From an uncultured delta proteobacterium (lineage in GTDB: Bacteria; Desulfobacterota; Binatia; UBA9968): a DNA stretch of 64,000 nucleotides. Below the pieces are notes generated by a model, which was not told the origin of the DNA, made no database searches, and was given only the letters and a program-made list of their open reading frames with translations. Location: the NCBI GenBank assembly GCA_963727625.1, contig CAVSHR010000011.1, forward strand, positions 192,001 to 256,000, read 5' to 3'. The first letter of the stretch is position 1, and each line of letters begins with the position of its first letter. Below are positions 40,094-50,117 of the stretch, in pieces. Both the position numbers and the translations under genes were made by a program.

Positions 40094-40750
40094 ATGAAGA
40101 CGCTTAGATTGGTCCGAAGCACTGTCCGTGCGCTTTTAGCGTTTGGCGTGATAATGGCGGCGGCCGTCCCCATCTACGCCCAAAATATACCCGGATACCC
40201 CCCCAGCGTAACTGCATATGACCCCCGAGAGGTCGCGCTGCTGCCGCGCTATTGTCCATACACTCAGTTGTTCCGCGATCATGTGCCTGGAGCCAATAAT
40301 CCGGCTGAAATCCAACGGTGGTCTTCGGTATTGGGCCAAATGTATATTCACATGCACCATTACTGCTGGGGACTGATGAAAACCTATCGTGGACTCATTC
40401 TGGCGCGCGACGAGCAGTCGCGCCGGTTTTACCTGAATGACGCGATCAACGAGTTCGACTATGTAATAAAGCGCGCGCCGCCAGATTATGTACTACTGCC
40501 GGAGATTCTGATGAAGAAGGGGGAGAATCTCATTCGCCTGAGTAAGGGGGGAGATGGAATTCTGCAACTCCTCCGCGCGACTGAATTAAAACCCGACTAC
40601 TGGCCTCCCTATGCCATCATGAGCGACTACTACAAAGACCACGGAAACCTGAAAGACGCCCGCGAGGCACTGGAAAAGGGCCTGTCGGCATCCCCTGACG
40701 CAAAGGCGTTGAAAAAACGATTGGCCAATCTTGATAAAGCCAAAAAGTAA
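40094..40750 (+). CDS. Exported TPR-like protein
   Basis: Signal-peptide-like N-terminus, HMHHYCWG, helical C-terminus (KPDYWPPY..A...LEKGL). Confidence 0.65.
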   Translation: MKTLRLVRSTVRALLAFGVIMAAAVPIYAQNIPGYPPSVTAYDPREVALLPRYCPYTQLFRDHVPGANNPAEIQRWSSVLGQMYIHMHHYCWGLMKTYRGLILARDEQSRRFYLNDAINEFDYVIKRAPPDYVLLPEILMKKGENLIRLSKGGDGILQLLRATELKPDYWPPYAIMSDYYKDHGNLKDAREALEKGLSASPDAKALKKRLANLDKAKK

Positions 40751-40760
40751 GCAAAACTGC

Positions 40761-40913
40761 TCGCCTGGCATTCTCGATGTTCTCACGTTCCTAGATAAGG
40801 AATTTGCGTTGACCGTAACTGACGAGGAGGTTTTACCGGAGAATTTCGAGTCGATTCACAGCCTGTCAAACTTTATCTAGCACAAAAAGAACGCAAGCGA
40901 AGCCGGAAATTAA
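40761..40913 (+). pseudogene. Truncated duplicate of the ACP 3' half
   Basis: Translates as SPGILDVLTFLDKEFALTVTDEEVLPENFESIHSLSNFI*HKKNASEAGN*, colinear with the 39441 ACP C-terminus. Confidence 0.75.
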
Positions 40914-40915
40914 TC

Positions 40916-40991
40916 ACCACGGAGATCACAGAGTGCACAGAGGCGGATATGATATGAGATTGTTCTCCGTGGACTCAGTGTGCTCTGTGGT
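40916..40991. repeat. 9-bp-period hairpin upstream of the GxxExxY gene
   Basis: ac cacggagat cacagagtg cacagag ... ctccgtgga ctcagtgtg ctctgtggt. Confidence 0.85.
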
Positions 40992-41017
40992 AAAAAATTC
41001 GAAAGAATTCGATCCGA

Positions 41018-41401
41018 ATGCCAGCTGTGATAGACACGGATGCGCTGACTGAAAAAATCATCGGGTGTGCGATTGAAGTACATCGCGCCTTTGGCCCAGG
41101 CCTGTTGGAGTCTGCCTATGAGCACTGTCTGGCCCGGGAGCTGTCGTTGAACGATATTCCATTTTGTTTACAAGCGCCGGTCCCGGTTGAGTACAAAGGA
41201 GTCAATCTTGAGTGCGGGTATCGCATCGACATTCTCGTCGATGAACGAGTGATCCTTGAACTGAAATGCGTGGAGAAGATTCTGCCTATACATGAAGCTC
41301 AGCTGCTCACTTACATGAAATTGGCAAACATTAGTATTGGCTTGTTGATTAATTTCAATGTCAGGCGGGTTGTGGATGGTATCAGACGGTTTCGTCTTTA
41401 A
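41018..41401 (+). CDS. GxxExxY protein (PD-(D/E)xK nuclease-like)
   Basis: [34 protein letters not shown]. Confidence 0.93.
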   Translation: MPAVIDTDALTEKIIGCAIEVHRAFGPGLLESAYEHCLARELSLNDIPFCLQAPVPVEYKGVNLECGYRIDILVDERVILELKCVEKILPIHEAQLLTYMKLANISIGLLINFNVRRVVDGIRRFRL

Positions 41402-41416
41402 AAGGGTTGACAATCT

Positions 41417-41496
41417 TCACGATGGAAATCACGGAGTGCACAGAGTTTGTGGTCCCATAAACCAATCATCTCGGTGATCTCTGTGTGCTCAGTGGT
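41417..41496. repeat. 9-bp-period hairpin downstream of the GxxExxY gene
   Basis: cacggagtg cacagag ... ctcggtgat ctctgtgtg ctcagtggt. Confidence 0.8.
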
Positions 41497-41511
41497 AAAA
41501 TGAACCGAACT

Positions 41512-43089
41512 ATGGACTTTCTTATTCACCACATGTTGTTAGCGAGCGCGGAACGCTATCCCGACAAGGAAGCACTGGTCGATGCGACCCAGCGGTTGAC
41601 TTACACCGAAGCGGCGAAGCGATGCACTGCGCTTGCTTCAGGGTTGCAACAGCTCGGCGTCAAACGCGGCGATCGGGTGGGCATATGGCTCGAGACATCG
41701 GTGCTCCAGGCGGTTTCCATTTTTGGCGCCTCCCAATCAGGCGGGGTGTTCGTGCCGATCAACACTCTGCTCTTTCCCGATCAGGCCGCGCACATTATGC
41801 GAGACTGCGGCACGGTAGGTCTGATCGCAACCAAAGATAAGATCTCGGCAGCGGTTGAAGTTTTTCAATCTCTACCAGCGCTTCAGTTTCTAGTTTCAGT
41901 GGATGGAAAGCCCGATTGCGACCTTAATCTCCCGGTCTATTCTTTGGCGGAATTTTCCGCTGCTGATGATCGATGTGGGGCGCGAGACCTGCGCACTGAA
42001 AAAGATTTGGCGGCGATCCTTTACACCTCCGGCTCGACCGGCAAGCCCAAGGGCGTAATGCTAAGCCATTCGCAAGTCATGGCCGGCAGTTCCATCGTAT
42101 CCGACTATTTGAATATCACTTCGAAAGATCGCATCGTCGGCGTGTTGCCGTTGAGCTTCGATGCCGGCCTTAACCAGCTGATGACGGTGATACAGCAAGG
42201 CGCAACCTACGCTCCGATGACGTTCACCTTTGCCCGCGAAATCGTGAAGACGCTCGAACGGGAACGGATCACCGGAATGGCCGGCGTCCCGACGCTCTGG
42301 AGTCTCATGGCGCAGCCGAGCTCGACTCTGGAGAAATCAACTCTTCCGCATTTGCGATACATTACCAACACCGGTGGACGCATGCCCCAAACCGTATTGA
42401 GCGCTTTGCGCCAGGCTCTTAGCGCAACACGTATTTTCCTTATGTACGGATTGACCGAAGCTTTTCGTTCGACCTATCTGCCGCCCGAAGAGCTCGACCG
42501 GCGCCCGGACTCCATGGGAAAAGCGATTCCCAATACGGAAATTCTCGTCGTCAACGAAAAAGGCGAGCGCTGCGCGCCGGGAGAAGTCGGGGAGCTGGTT
42601 CACCGCGGCCCGACGGTGTCGATGGGCTATTGGGGCCAGCCGGAGATCACGGCGAAGGTTCTCCGGCCGCATCCGTTCAATCCTCCTGAGTTAGGGGACA
42701 GTGAAAAAGCTTGCTACTCGGGTGATCTGGTCAAGATGGACGAGGAAGGATTTCTCTATTTCATAGGCAGGCGCGATAACATGATCAAGTGCTCCGGGTA
42801 TCGCGTGAGTCCAACCGAAGTCGAAGAGGTGCTTTTTCAAAGCGGCAAGGTGCGTGAGGTCGGCGTGATCGGTATCCCGGATCCTGTGTTAGGGCAAGCG
42901 ATTAAAGCCTACGTCGTCCCACGTGACGGCGAAGCCATCCACTCGGAAGCGCTGCAGGCTTTTTGTGGTGAACGTATGCCACGGTACATGGTACCGAAAC
43001 TTGTGGAAATAATGGTTTCATTGCCGAAGACAGCGAGCGGCAAAGTTGATTATCCGGCGCTACGAAGAAAAGACCAAGCTTTACCTTAA
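41512..43089 (+). CDS. Acyl-CoA/acyl-carrier ligase (AMP-forming), exosortase A-associated type
   Basis: YTSGSTGKPKG, LPLSFDAG, MYGLTEAFRSTYL, SGYRVSPTEVE. Confidence 0.88.
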   Translation: MDFLIHHMLLASAERYPDKEALVDATQRLTYTEAAKRCTALASGLQQLGVKRGDRVGIWLETSVLQAVSIFGASQSGGVFVPINTLLFPDQAAHIMRDCGTVGLIATKDKISAAVEVFQSLPALQFLVSVDGKPDCDLNLPVYSLAEFSAADDRCGARDLRTEKDLAAILYTSGSTGKPKGVMLSHSQVMAGSSIVSDYLNITSKDRIVGVLPLSFDAGLNQLMTVIQQGATYAPMTFTFAREIVKTLERERITGMAGVPTLWSLMAQPSSTLEKSTLPHLRYITNTGGRMPQTVLSALRQALSATRIFLMYGLTEAFRSTYLPPEELDRRPDSMGKAIPNTEILVVNEKGERCAPGEVGELVHRGPTVSMGYWGQPEITAKVLRPHPFNPPELGDSEKACYSGDLVKMDEEGFLYFIGRRDNMIKCSGYRVSPTEVEEVLFQSGKVREVGVIGIPDPVLGQAIKAYVVPRDGEAIHSEALQAFCGERMPRYMVPKLVEIMVSLPKTASGKVDYPALRRKDQALP

Positions 43090-43632
43090 CGTTGCATAAA
43101 TTTCGGGTTTTGACAGTTCAAGCTGCGTAACCCAGAGCGCCGAGATAATGCAACAACGTGGCTCTGACGGTATCATTGAGACCGAGGGTTAAAGTAAGTC
43201 GACCTTGAGGCCAGCTGAATCTTCCCGCTCTCTGAATGAAGTGACGACGCAAAGTATTGAGTTCTTGGAAGACCCAAAGAGGGACGCGCGTTTCGGTGGT
43301 ATGACGCTGGGGTGGATCGGCCACCATCTGAAGCTCACGGGCCAGATTATGGGCCAGAATGGCGCAGAGGAGGTAAGTCTGATTGCCAGCCAGGGGGGGT
43401 GCGCACGGGGATGTAATCCATCTGGCACTGGCTCTTGAGCTCGCCGAAGAGGTTCTCCTGAGCGCCGCGACCGTGGTGAAAGGCCACGACTTTGTTCATC
43501 CGAATGTGTTTGTTAGTCAGGACCACCCTGAAGTCGTAGCCCCACTGATGAGGGATAAACAGATCGCGCTGTATAGGTTGCTTTTGCTGTTGTTGGACCT
43601 TCTGGCGCAGGAAAATAAAGCGCTTAAGGGAC
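43084..43632 (-). mobile_element. IS1380-family transposase remnant (3' part, frameshifted) with one terminal repeat
   Basis: RGAQENLFGELK, AHNLAREL, TLRRHFIQRAGR on the - strand; frameshift at the G run near 43393-43399; ccttaacgttgcataa end. Confidence 0.7.
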
Positions 43633-44439
43633 GTGACGGTGAATAGACTCGCCAAAGTAATCCTGCACCCGTCCGAGTTACCTGCGAGCATCAGATGGCG
43701 CACTGCAACCGTGTGCGACTCCGTTGAGAAAAAGTATCAGCGGCTCTGGCGAAAAATCTATCGTGTTTCGCACAGACTCCCCTCAGTCGAGTTGGACGAA
43801 CTTGCGCAACCTCTAAACGAACCTCTCAATGTGATTTTAGACCACGCCTGCATGCCGCCCTATGACGGGCCTAAGACTCATGACGATATGACAGCCATGA
43901 TGCGGCTGATAAAACGTAACAATCCGAAAATCGTATTAGAGCTAGGAACGGCATACGGCAACACCGTGGCGAACGTCTGCCAAAATTCAAATGCCGCGGT
44001 CATTACAATGAACGCGTTGCCGGAGCAGATTACTGGCCGAGCGATAACCTACGCATTAAACAAGGACGAGATCGGCCGCGTCTATCGAAAGTATGGCTTT
44101 CAGGATCGAGTGACCCAGATATATGAGAATACATTGAATTTTGACCATAAACGGTACTTTAAGACGCCGTGTGTTGACTTCGCCATTATTGATGCCTGTC
44201 ACGATAGAGCGTTTGTGATAATGGATTTTAAGAAAATAATTCCGATGTTAAATGAAACGGCGACAGTCCTGTTTCATGATACGCATCCGAGCATGGAAAA
44301 ACACCTGGCAGGCAGCTATATGGCCTGCATTAAACTAAGACGAGAAGGATTCGATATTAAGCATATCAAAAATACTTGGTGGGCAATATGGCAGAAACCA
44401 GCTAATGCGTCATCGCGTGTAAATGTGTATGTCGGTTGA
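43633..44439 (+). CDS. Class I SAM-dependent methyltransferase (Methyltransf_24-like)
   Basis: LELGTAYG, IDACH, FHDT motifs. Confidence 0.75.
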   Translation: MTVNRLAKVILHPSELPASIRWRTATVCDSVEKKYQRLWRKIYRVSHRLPSVELDELAQPLNEPLNVILDHACMPPYDGPKTHDDMTAMMRLIKRNNPKIVLELGTAYGNTVANVCQNSNAAVITMNALPEQITGRAITYALNKDEIGRVYRKYGFQDRVTQIYENTLNFDHKRYFKTPCVDFAIIDACHDRAFVIMDFKKIIPMLNETATVLFHDTHPSMEKHLAGSYMACIKLRREGFDIKHIKNTWWAIWQKPANASSRVNVYVG

Positions 44440-44658
44440 GCGGGTCAGGGCGGCCTTTGTCTAGGGGATCTACTGCTTTTAGGATAGCATCACGCACAGA
44501 GCCATTATGACGTCGATCAGGCTCACAGAAATTAGAGTTTTGTCGGGCGCTGTGGGTTCGAATCAGTTGATAGATTAGAGCCGCAAGCACTCCTCTCGTT
44601 GGTTGCTTATGATCTTTCTCAATGCGATTACAGTGTTTTCTGCGGAAGGAACACATTT

Positions 44659-45621
44659 ATGAAAAGAATTCTTGTAACAGGGGCTGGAGGATTTATCGGG
44701 CGCCATCTCATATCATTTCTTAAACGTTATGGCTATTGGATCCGAGGTGTGGATATTAAGGAACCTGAATATGGGGATACTGAAGCCGACGAGTTTCTGA
44801 AACTTGACCTTCGGCGTTGGGAGAATTGCCTACAAGCGACCCATGGTGTGGAGGCAGTCTACGCACTTGCTGCAGATATGGGGGGGATGGGCTTTATATC
44901 GTCTCATCACGCGCAGATACTGCACAATAATTCTTTAATCAACATTCATACGCTAGACGCGGCGCGCACAAACGGAGTCAAGAGGTATCTGTATACTTCG
45001 TCGGCTTGTATTTATCCGGAATCCAAACAGATGAATGCTAACGTAACTCCATTGAAAGAAGAGGATGCGTATCCGGCGGAACCCCAGGACGCGTATGGGT
45101 GGGAAAAGCTGATTACCGAGAGACTTTGTACACATTATCGTGAAGATTACGGTATCGAGACTCGCATTGTTAGGTTCCATAATATCTTCGGGCCGCTAGG
45201 CACGTGGGATGGCGGACGAGAAAAGGCTCCTGCTGCTATGTGTCGTAAAGTGGCTCTCGCAAAGATAACTGGCAACCCTGAAATAGAGATATGGGGCGAC
45301 GGGGAGCAGACGCGCTCTTTTTGCTACATCGATGATTGCGTGAAAGGCATCCACAAGCTCATGAAGTCCGATTATCCGCAGCCGCTTAATTTAGGGCAGG
45401 ATCGATTGATTTCAATCAATGAACTCGCCGATATGATTGCTGATACCGTTGGGGTTCGTATTGTTAAGAAACACGTGCCCGGCCCCCAAGGGGTTCGCGG
45501 CCGTAATTCTGATAACACTCGTTTGAGAGAAGTGCTCGCATGGCAACCGGAAATTTCTCTTGAGGAAGGATTGTCCCGTACCTATGCTTGGATTGAAGAA
45601 CAAGTGCGCAACAAATTGTAG
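44659..45621 (+). CDS. NAD-dependent epimerase, GDP-mannose 3,5-epimerase-like
   Basis: GAGGFIG, AADMGGMGFI, SSACIYP, PQDAYGWEK, GGREKAPAA, GVRGRNSDN. Confidence 0.88.
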   Translation: MKRILVTGAGGFIGRHLISFLKRYGYWIRGVDIKEPEYGDTEADEFLKLDLRRWENCLQATHGVEAVYALAADMGGMGFISSHHAQILHNNSLINIHTLDAARTNGVKRYLYTSSACIYPESKQMNANVTPLKEEDAYPAEPQDAYGWEKLITERLCTHYREDYGIETRIVRFHNIFGPLGTWDGGREKAPAAMCRKVALAKITGNPEIEIWGDGEQTRSFCYIDDCVKGIHKLMKSDYPQPLNLGQDRLISINELADMIADTVGVRIVKKHVPGPQGVRGRNSDNTRLREVLAWQPEISLEEGLSRTYAWIEEQVRNKL

Positions 45622-45680
45622 CATGACGGGTTGTCTCGACGGTTTGGAACTATAAAGGTAAAAGGAGAGGCCGTTCTCTC

Positions 45681-46631
45681 ATGTTGACCCTCTTTTCGAT
45701 GCCCAAGCCCTTCAGAGGACACATTGGCGTCATCCAGCGAAATGCGGTTGCTAGTTGGGTTAAGCTAGGACCTACCTGCGAGGTCATTCTGTTTGGCGAC
45801 GAGCAAGGAACGGCGGAGACGGCGACGGAGTTTGGTGTCCGCTATATTCCCGAAGTGCTCCGGAACGAGCACGGGACACCGTTGTTAAACGACGTGTTTG
45901 ACAAGGCCGAACAACGTGGAACGTATGATCTTCTCTGTTACGTTAACGGGGATATCATTCTCGGAGCTGATTTTATCCGGGCCGTAGAAGACGCGCGTGC
46001 TTGGAGTGATAGATTTCTAATGGTTGGGGAGTGTTGGGATGTGAGAATCGACGACAGTCTTCCTCTTGCGACCGAGGTTTGGGAAAACAGATTAGCAAAA
46101 ATAACAGACCAGACCGGCAGATCTCGTGGGCCCTGGTATATCGACTATTTTGTGTTTACCCGTGGGCTTTACAAAGCAATTCCGACTTTTGCCGTTGGGC
46201 GTGCTGGATTCGATAATTGGCTGGTCTGGAAAGCGAGATCCGCAGGGGCCGCCGTGATAGATGCCACGCGAGTCGTCAAAGCTGTCCATCAAAATCACGA
46301 TTATTCTCATGTCCCCGGCGGAAGAGATTGGTCCTATTTGGGACCAGAAGCAAAAACGAATAAAGAGCTTGCCGGAGGACGTCGACATCTTTACATGATC
46401 CTCGATGCGAGCCATTGCCTGGGAAACAACGGAATCAGATGTAACCTTGGCAGCTTGTTTCGCATTAAGTCCAGGTGGCAAATCGGCAAAGCGTGGTTTG
46501 TCACGATCGCGAGACGTGTGGGCTGGCGGATTGTCGAGTGGACGCGTCCGGTTAGGCATTCATTAGGCCTACGAAAGACGACGTTAAGCCATTTGAAGGT
46601 ATTATGGAGTTCAAGGAAAAGCGGCCGCTAA
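45681..46631 (+). CDS. Putative GT-A fold glycosyltransferase
   Basis: PKPF..IQRNA..SW, YVNGDII, IDYFVF, DNWL, HQNHDY; EPS context. Confidence 0.6.
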   Translation: MLTLFSMPKPFRGHIGVIQRNAVASWVKLGPTCEVILFGDEQGTAETATEFGVRYIPEVLRNEHGTPLLNDVFDKAEQRGTYDLLCYVNGDIILGADFIRAVEDARAWSDRFLMVGECWDVRIDDSLPLATEVWENRLAKITDQTGRSRGPWYIDYFVFTRGLYKAIPTFAVGRAGFDNWLVWKARSAGAAVIDATRVVKAVHQNHDYSHVPGGRDWSYLGPEAKTNKELAGGRRHLYMILDASHCLGNNGIRCNLGSLFRIKSRWQIGKAWFVTIARRVGWRIVEWTRPVRHSLGLRKTTLSHLKVLWSSRKSGR

Positions 46632-46742
46632 TTATGCTAGGTTTGCTTTTGTCGTCCAGGCTGTCCAGAGAATCTCCATCGAGTCCGCATTGATTAAGTG
46701 GTCAGTATTCTTCACGAAATCGCGCTGACATAAATCTATCGT

Positions 46743-48311
46743 ATGAGAGACCGAAAGCTCATAATTCTTGCTTTTGATGGCGCCGATAGCGGCTTAGCTC
46801 AAAAATGGAGCGGAGAGGGTCAACTGCCGGTTTTGGCCAAGCTTTTTAAGACCGGAGTTGTCGCGCCCATCGCCACGCCGCCGGCGGTTTTGGAAGGTGC
46901 AGTATGGCCGACTTTTTACTCCGGAGCGACCGCTGCCACTCACGGAATGTATGCCTATCTGCAGATCGCTCCGGGCACGTACGATACTCAACTTGGGCTG
47001 CGCGCCGATCGGTTGCGGGTTCCACCCTTTTGGGAACATCTAAGTCGGGCAGGCAAGAGGGTCGCGGTCGTTGATGCGCCTCTCACGAAGCCGTCTAGGC
47101 GCTTGAACGGGATTCAAATAGTTAATTGGGGAGCTCATGATGCCGAGTGGTCGTGGAAACAGTCTTCCTGGCCTAGCCGATTGATGGGAGATGTTTTAGA
47201 GCGGTTCGGGCAACATCCGGCTCCGAAAAGTTGTAACACGACATATCCAAATCGAAGCCTTGAAGATTTCGAAGACCTGAGACGACGATTAATCGATGGC
47301 GTCAAAGCGAAAGCGCGCCTTCTGAAATACTGCCTGGAGTTAGAAAATTGGGATTTCTTTTTTGGTGTGTTCTCTGAGTCTCACTGCATGGGGCATCAGT
47401 TCTGGCATTTCATGGATCCCAACCATCCGCGCCATGATCCCGAGGCGCCTTTACTGCTGCGCTCGGCCATACGCGATGTGTACGCCGCAATCGATAGCGA
47501 GATTGGAGCCATCTTGGAGAGAGTGGCCTCGGAGACCGATGTGCTGATTCTATTGAGTCATGGCATGGGGCCCTACTATCATGGGTCGCATCTGTTGGAG
47601 GAGATCCTCGAGCGTCTGGGTGTCAATAGTGCGAAGGGCAGCGTCCCATTTACAGCAAACAAGTCGGTTGATAACGGTGCAAGTGAGGAATGGATTTGGC
47701 GCGCGCGGCATTTGCTGCCGGACAAATTGCGCCAAAGGGTCAAAACACGCGTGCCGAGAAACCTTATGGACTCCCTCTGGGCCTGGTCTCATCCGGAGCC
47801 CAACCCCTGGCCGCGAATGCGGGCTTTCGTTGTTCCGGCCAGCAACATGAGCGGAGCGATTCGCATCAACCTCAAAGGCCGGGAGCCGAACGGACTCGTT
47901 GAACCAGGAAGCGAGTATCAAAACCTGTGCGCGGAGCTAAAACAAGCCCTTACGGATTTAAAGAACCCTGACACCGGCAAAACCGCTGTCCAGTGGGTTG
48001 CGCGGTCGGACGAGTTTTTTTCAGGCCCGCGTTTGAGCGAGTTGCCGGATCTGTTCGTCGAATGGGATCACAGCGCTCCGATTACCACGCTAACATCTCC
48101 CAAGGTTGGGATTGTGCATGAGGTTTCCAAAGGACAGCGTTCCGGAAGCCATTGGCCCGGCGGGTTATTAATTGGTTGCGGTCCGGGATTTGTCTCGGGA
48201 CTCATCGCTGAAAGATGTCAAACATCAGATATCGCTCCGACGATACTTGATTACTTTGGCGTGCCGCCTCCACAATCATATGAGGGGCGCTCGTTGCTTC
48301 CGTTTCTGTGA
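46743..48311 (+). CDS. Alkaline phosphatase / nucleotide pyrophosphatase superfamily protein
   Basis: FDGAD, WPTFYSG...HG, GHQFWH, SHGM, SGSH, DIAPT. Confidence 0.82.
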   Translation: MRDRKLIILAFDGADSGLAQKWSGEGQLPVLAKLFKTGVVAPIATPPAVLEGAVWPTFYSGATAATHGMYAYLQIAPGTYDTQLGLRADRLRVPPFWEHLSRAGKRVAVVDAPLTKPSRRLNGIQIVNWGAHDAEWSWKQSSWPSRLMGDVLERFGQHPAPKSCNTTYPNRSLEDFEDLRRRLIDGVKAKARLLKYCLELENWDFFFGVFSESHCMGHQFWHFMDPNHPRHDPEAPLLLRSAIRDVYAAIDSEIGAILERVASETDVLILLSHGMGPYYHGSHLLEEILERLGVNSAKGSVPFTANKSVDNGASEEWIWRARHLLPDKLRQRVKTRVPRNLMDSLWAWSHPEPNPWPRMRAFVVPASNMSGAIRINLKGREPNGLVEPGSEYQNLCAELKQALTDLKNPDTGKTAVQWVARSDEFFSGPRLSELPDLFVEWDHSAPITTLTSPKVGIVHEVSKGQRSGSHWPGGLLIGCGPGFVSGLIAERCQTSDIAPTILDYFGVPPPQSYEGRSLLPFL

Positions 48312-48549
48312 CAAGAGGGGTAGCTTGAAGAAATAGAAAAGTTTTGCTCGAGCGCCAGAAAATTGCGTTTAACCCCTTGCAACGGTCCTAACCCTTCCGC
48401 GCCAGATCGGTGTTTATCACGTCGTGGAACAATTTTCGCGAGGGGACGAAGTTGGGGCATTGACATCCTTGACGATCTACCGGCTATGCTGAGGCCCTGG
48501 ACACGTTCCCAAACTTGTCCAGCAACCTACTGGAATTTTCTCATCCCGT

Positions 48550-49509
48550 ATGTCTACGTTAATCAGCGTCGTCATTTGCACCTACAATCGGGCCGAAATA
48601 TTGAGAAGATGTTTAGCTGTGCTTGAAACGCTGGAAGTTCCGCCCAGTCTAGATTGGGAGTTGCTCGTCATTGATAACAACTCGACTGATCACACTAGCG
48701 AAGTCGTTGCTGAATACATCGAAAAGAAAAGTCTTCCAATACGATGCTTCTTCGAAGGACGCCAGGGAAAGGCCTTTGCGCTGAATACTGGAATCGACAA
48801 TTCAACAGGAGAAATCCTCGCTTTTGTGGATGACGACTGTCTCGTGGATAAGCACTGGCTGACGTGCGTCGTCACGGGTTTCGAATCCAATCCCGAAGCG
48901 ATCGGATTAGGCGGTAAGGTCGTCGCTCTGTGGGATTCGGAACAACCCCGATGGCTGAACATAGAAGCAATGCCGGGGCCTATTGTTAGATTTGATCCCG
49001 GCGACAAATTTCCGGCCGATGGTACTATTCCAATCGGCGCCAATATGGCGTTTCGAAAAAGAGCCTTTGAGAAGTACGGCAATTTTCGTACCGAAATGGG
49101 ACCGGCGGGCGACGCCCCTGGGGGAGCGGAAGACACCGAGTATGGGCGAAGGCTTTTACTAAGGGGGGAAAAATTGCGGTATGCGCCCGACGCCATAGTA
49201 TTCCACCCGGTCGATCCGATAAGGCTTACAAAGAAATATTTTCAACGTTGGTACTTTTATTACGGGAAAGCCCTTATGAAAGAGCATGGCTACCCTGTAA
49301 ACGCGGTCACGTATTGGGGCATTCCACGTTATCTCTTTCGCGGCCTTGCGGTTAATTTCTTAAAGTGGCTGTGTGCTGCCAATCCCGACAAACGATTTTC
49401 TCGCAAATTAGAATTATTTCTAATCGCCGGTGCATTTGCCGCTTGTTTAGGTGGCCACCCCAAACCATCTGACTCTATTGAAGCATCGCCGAAAAAAGTA
49501 CGCAGATGA
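48550..49509 (+). CDS. Glycosyltransferase family 2
   Basis: ISVVICTYNR, DNNSTD, FVDDD, GANMAFR, EDTE. Confidence 0.9.
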   Translation: MSTLISVVICTYNRAEILRRCLAVLETLEVPPSLDWELLVIDNNSTDHTSEVVAEYIEKKSLPIRCFFEGRQGKAFALNTGIDNSTGEILAFVDDDCLVDKHWLTCVVTGFESNPEAIGLGGKVVALWDSEQPRWLNIEAMPGPIVRFDPGDKFPADGTIPIGANMAFRKRAFEKYGNFRTEMGPAGDAPGGAEDTEYGRRLLLRGEKLRYAPDAIVFHPVDPIRLTKKYFQRWYFYYGKALMKEHGYPVNAVTYWGIPRYLFRGLAVNFLKWLCAANPDKRFSRKLELFLIAGAFAACLGGHPKPSDSIEASPKKVRR

Positions 49510-49527
49510 TTAGCTCCCCGGCTGAGG

Positions 49528-50076
49528 ACCCCGGGCGCAAGCCCGGGGGTGAAAGCCTCAGAAAGGTATGGTGTTTTTAGCGCGGAGTGTCGTTAAGATG
49601 AAGGGATGAAGATCCGATTTAGTGCCCACGGTGCATATCATCACCAATATCACATTGTATGGATTCCGAAGTATCGGAAGAGAGTTTTGAAGGGAGAATT
49701 ACAGTCGTTTTTGGAGAAACGGCTGTTCGAGGTTCAAGGATATCACCCCGAGATCGAATCGAGCAGTTCGATATTCAAGTAGACCATGTGCATCTGGTGA
49801 GCGTAATACCGCCGAAATATTCGGTATCGTCAGTAGTCGGTAAGGATGAAGGCAAACACAAGTCGTCGAATCCGAATCAAGTTTCCGTGGATCAAGAAAG
49901 TGTATTGGGATAATGAATTTTGGTCACCGGGTTTTTTCTCATCGACAGTGCGGATCGACGAAGAGATCGTCAAGAGGTACGTCGAATTTCAGGAGAAAAT
50001 AGATACTGGTAAGATGCAGTTGGATTTCGGGTTTTGATCCGAATGTATTTCAAGTGCCACTGGCGTAAGCCCGTGG
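49528..50076 (+). mobile_element. tnpA: IS200/IS605-family element with frameshifted tnpA (49606-50037)
   Basis: YHIVWIPKYR, HUH motif DHVH, FWSPGFF, YVEFQ; subterminal hairpins ccccgggc-gcaa-gcccgggg and ccactggc-gtaa-gcccgtgg; two frameshifts. Confidence 0.85.
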
Positions 50077-50117
50077 GTATCTATTAAAACATTTGTTTTC
50101 ATCTGCTGGAATTTCAC

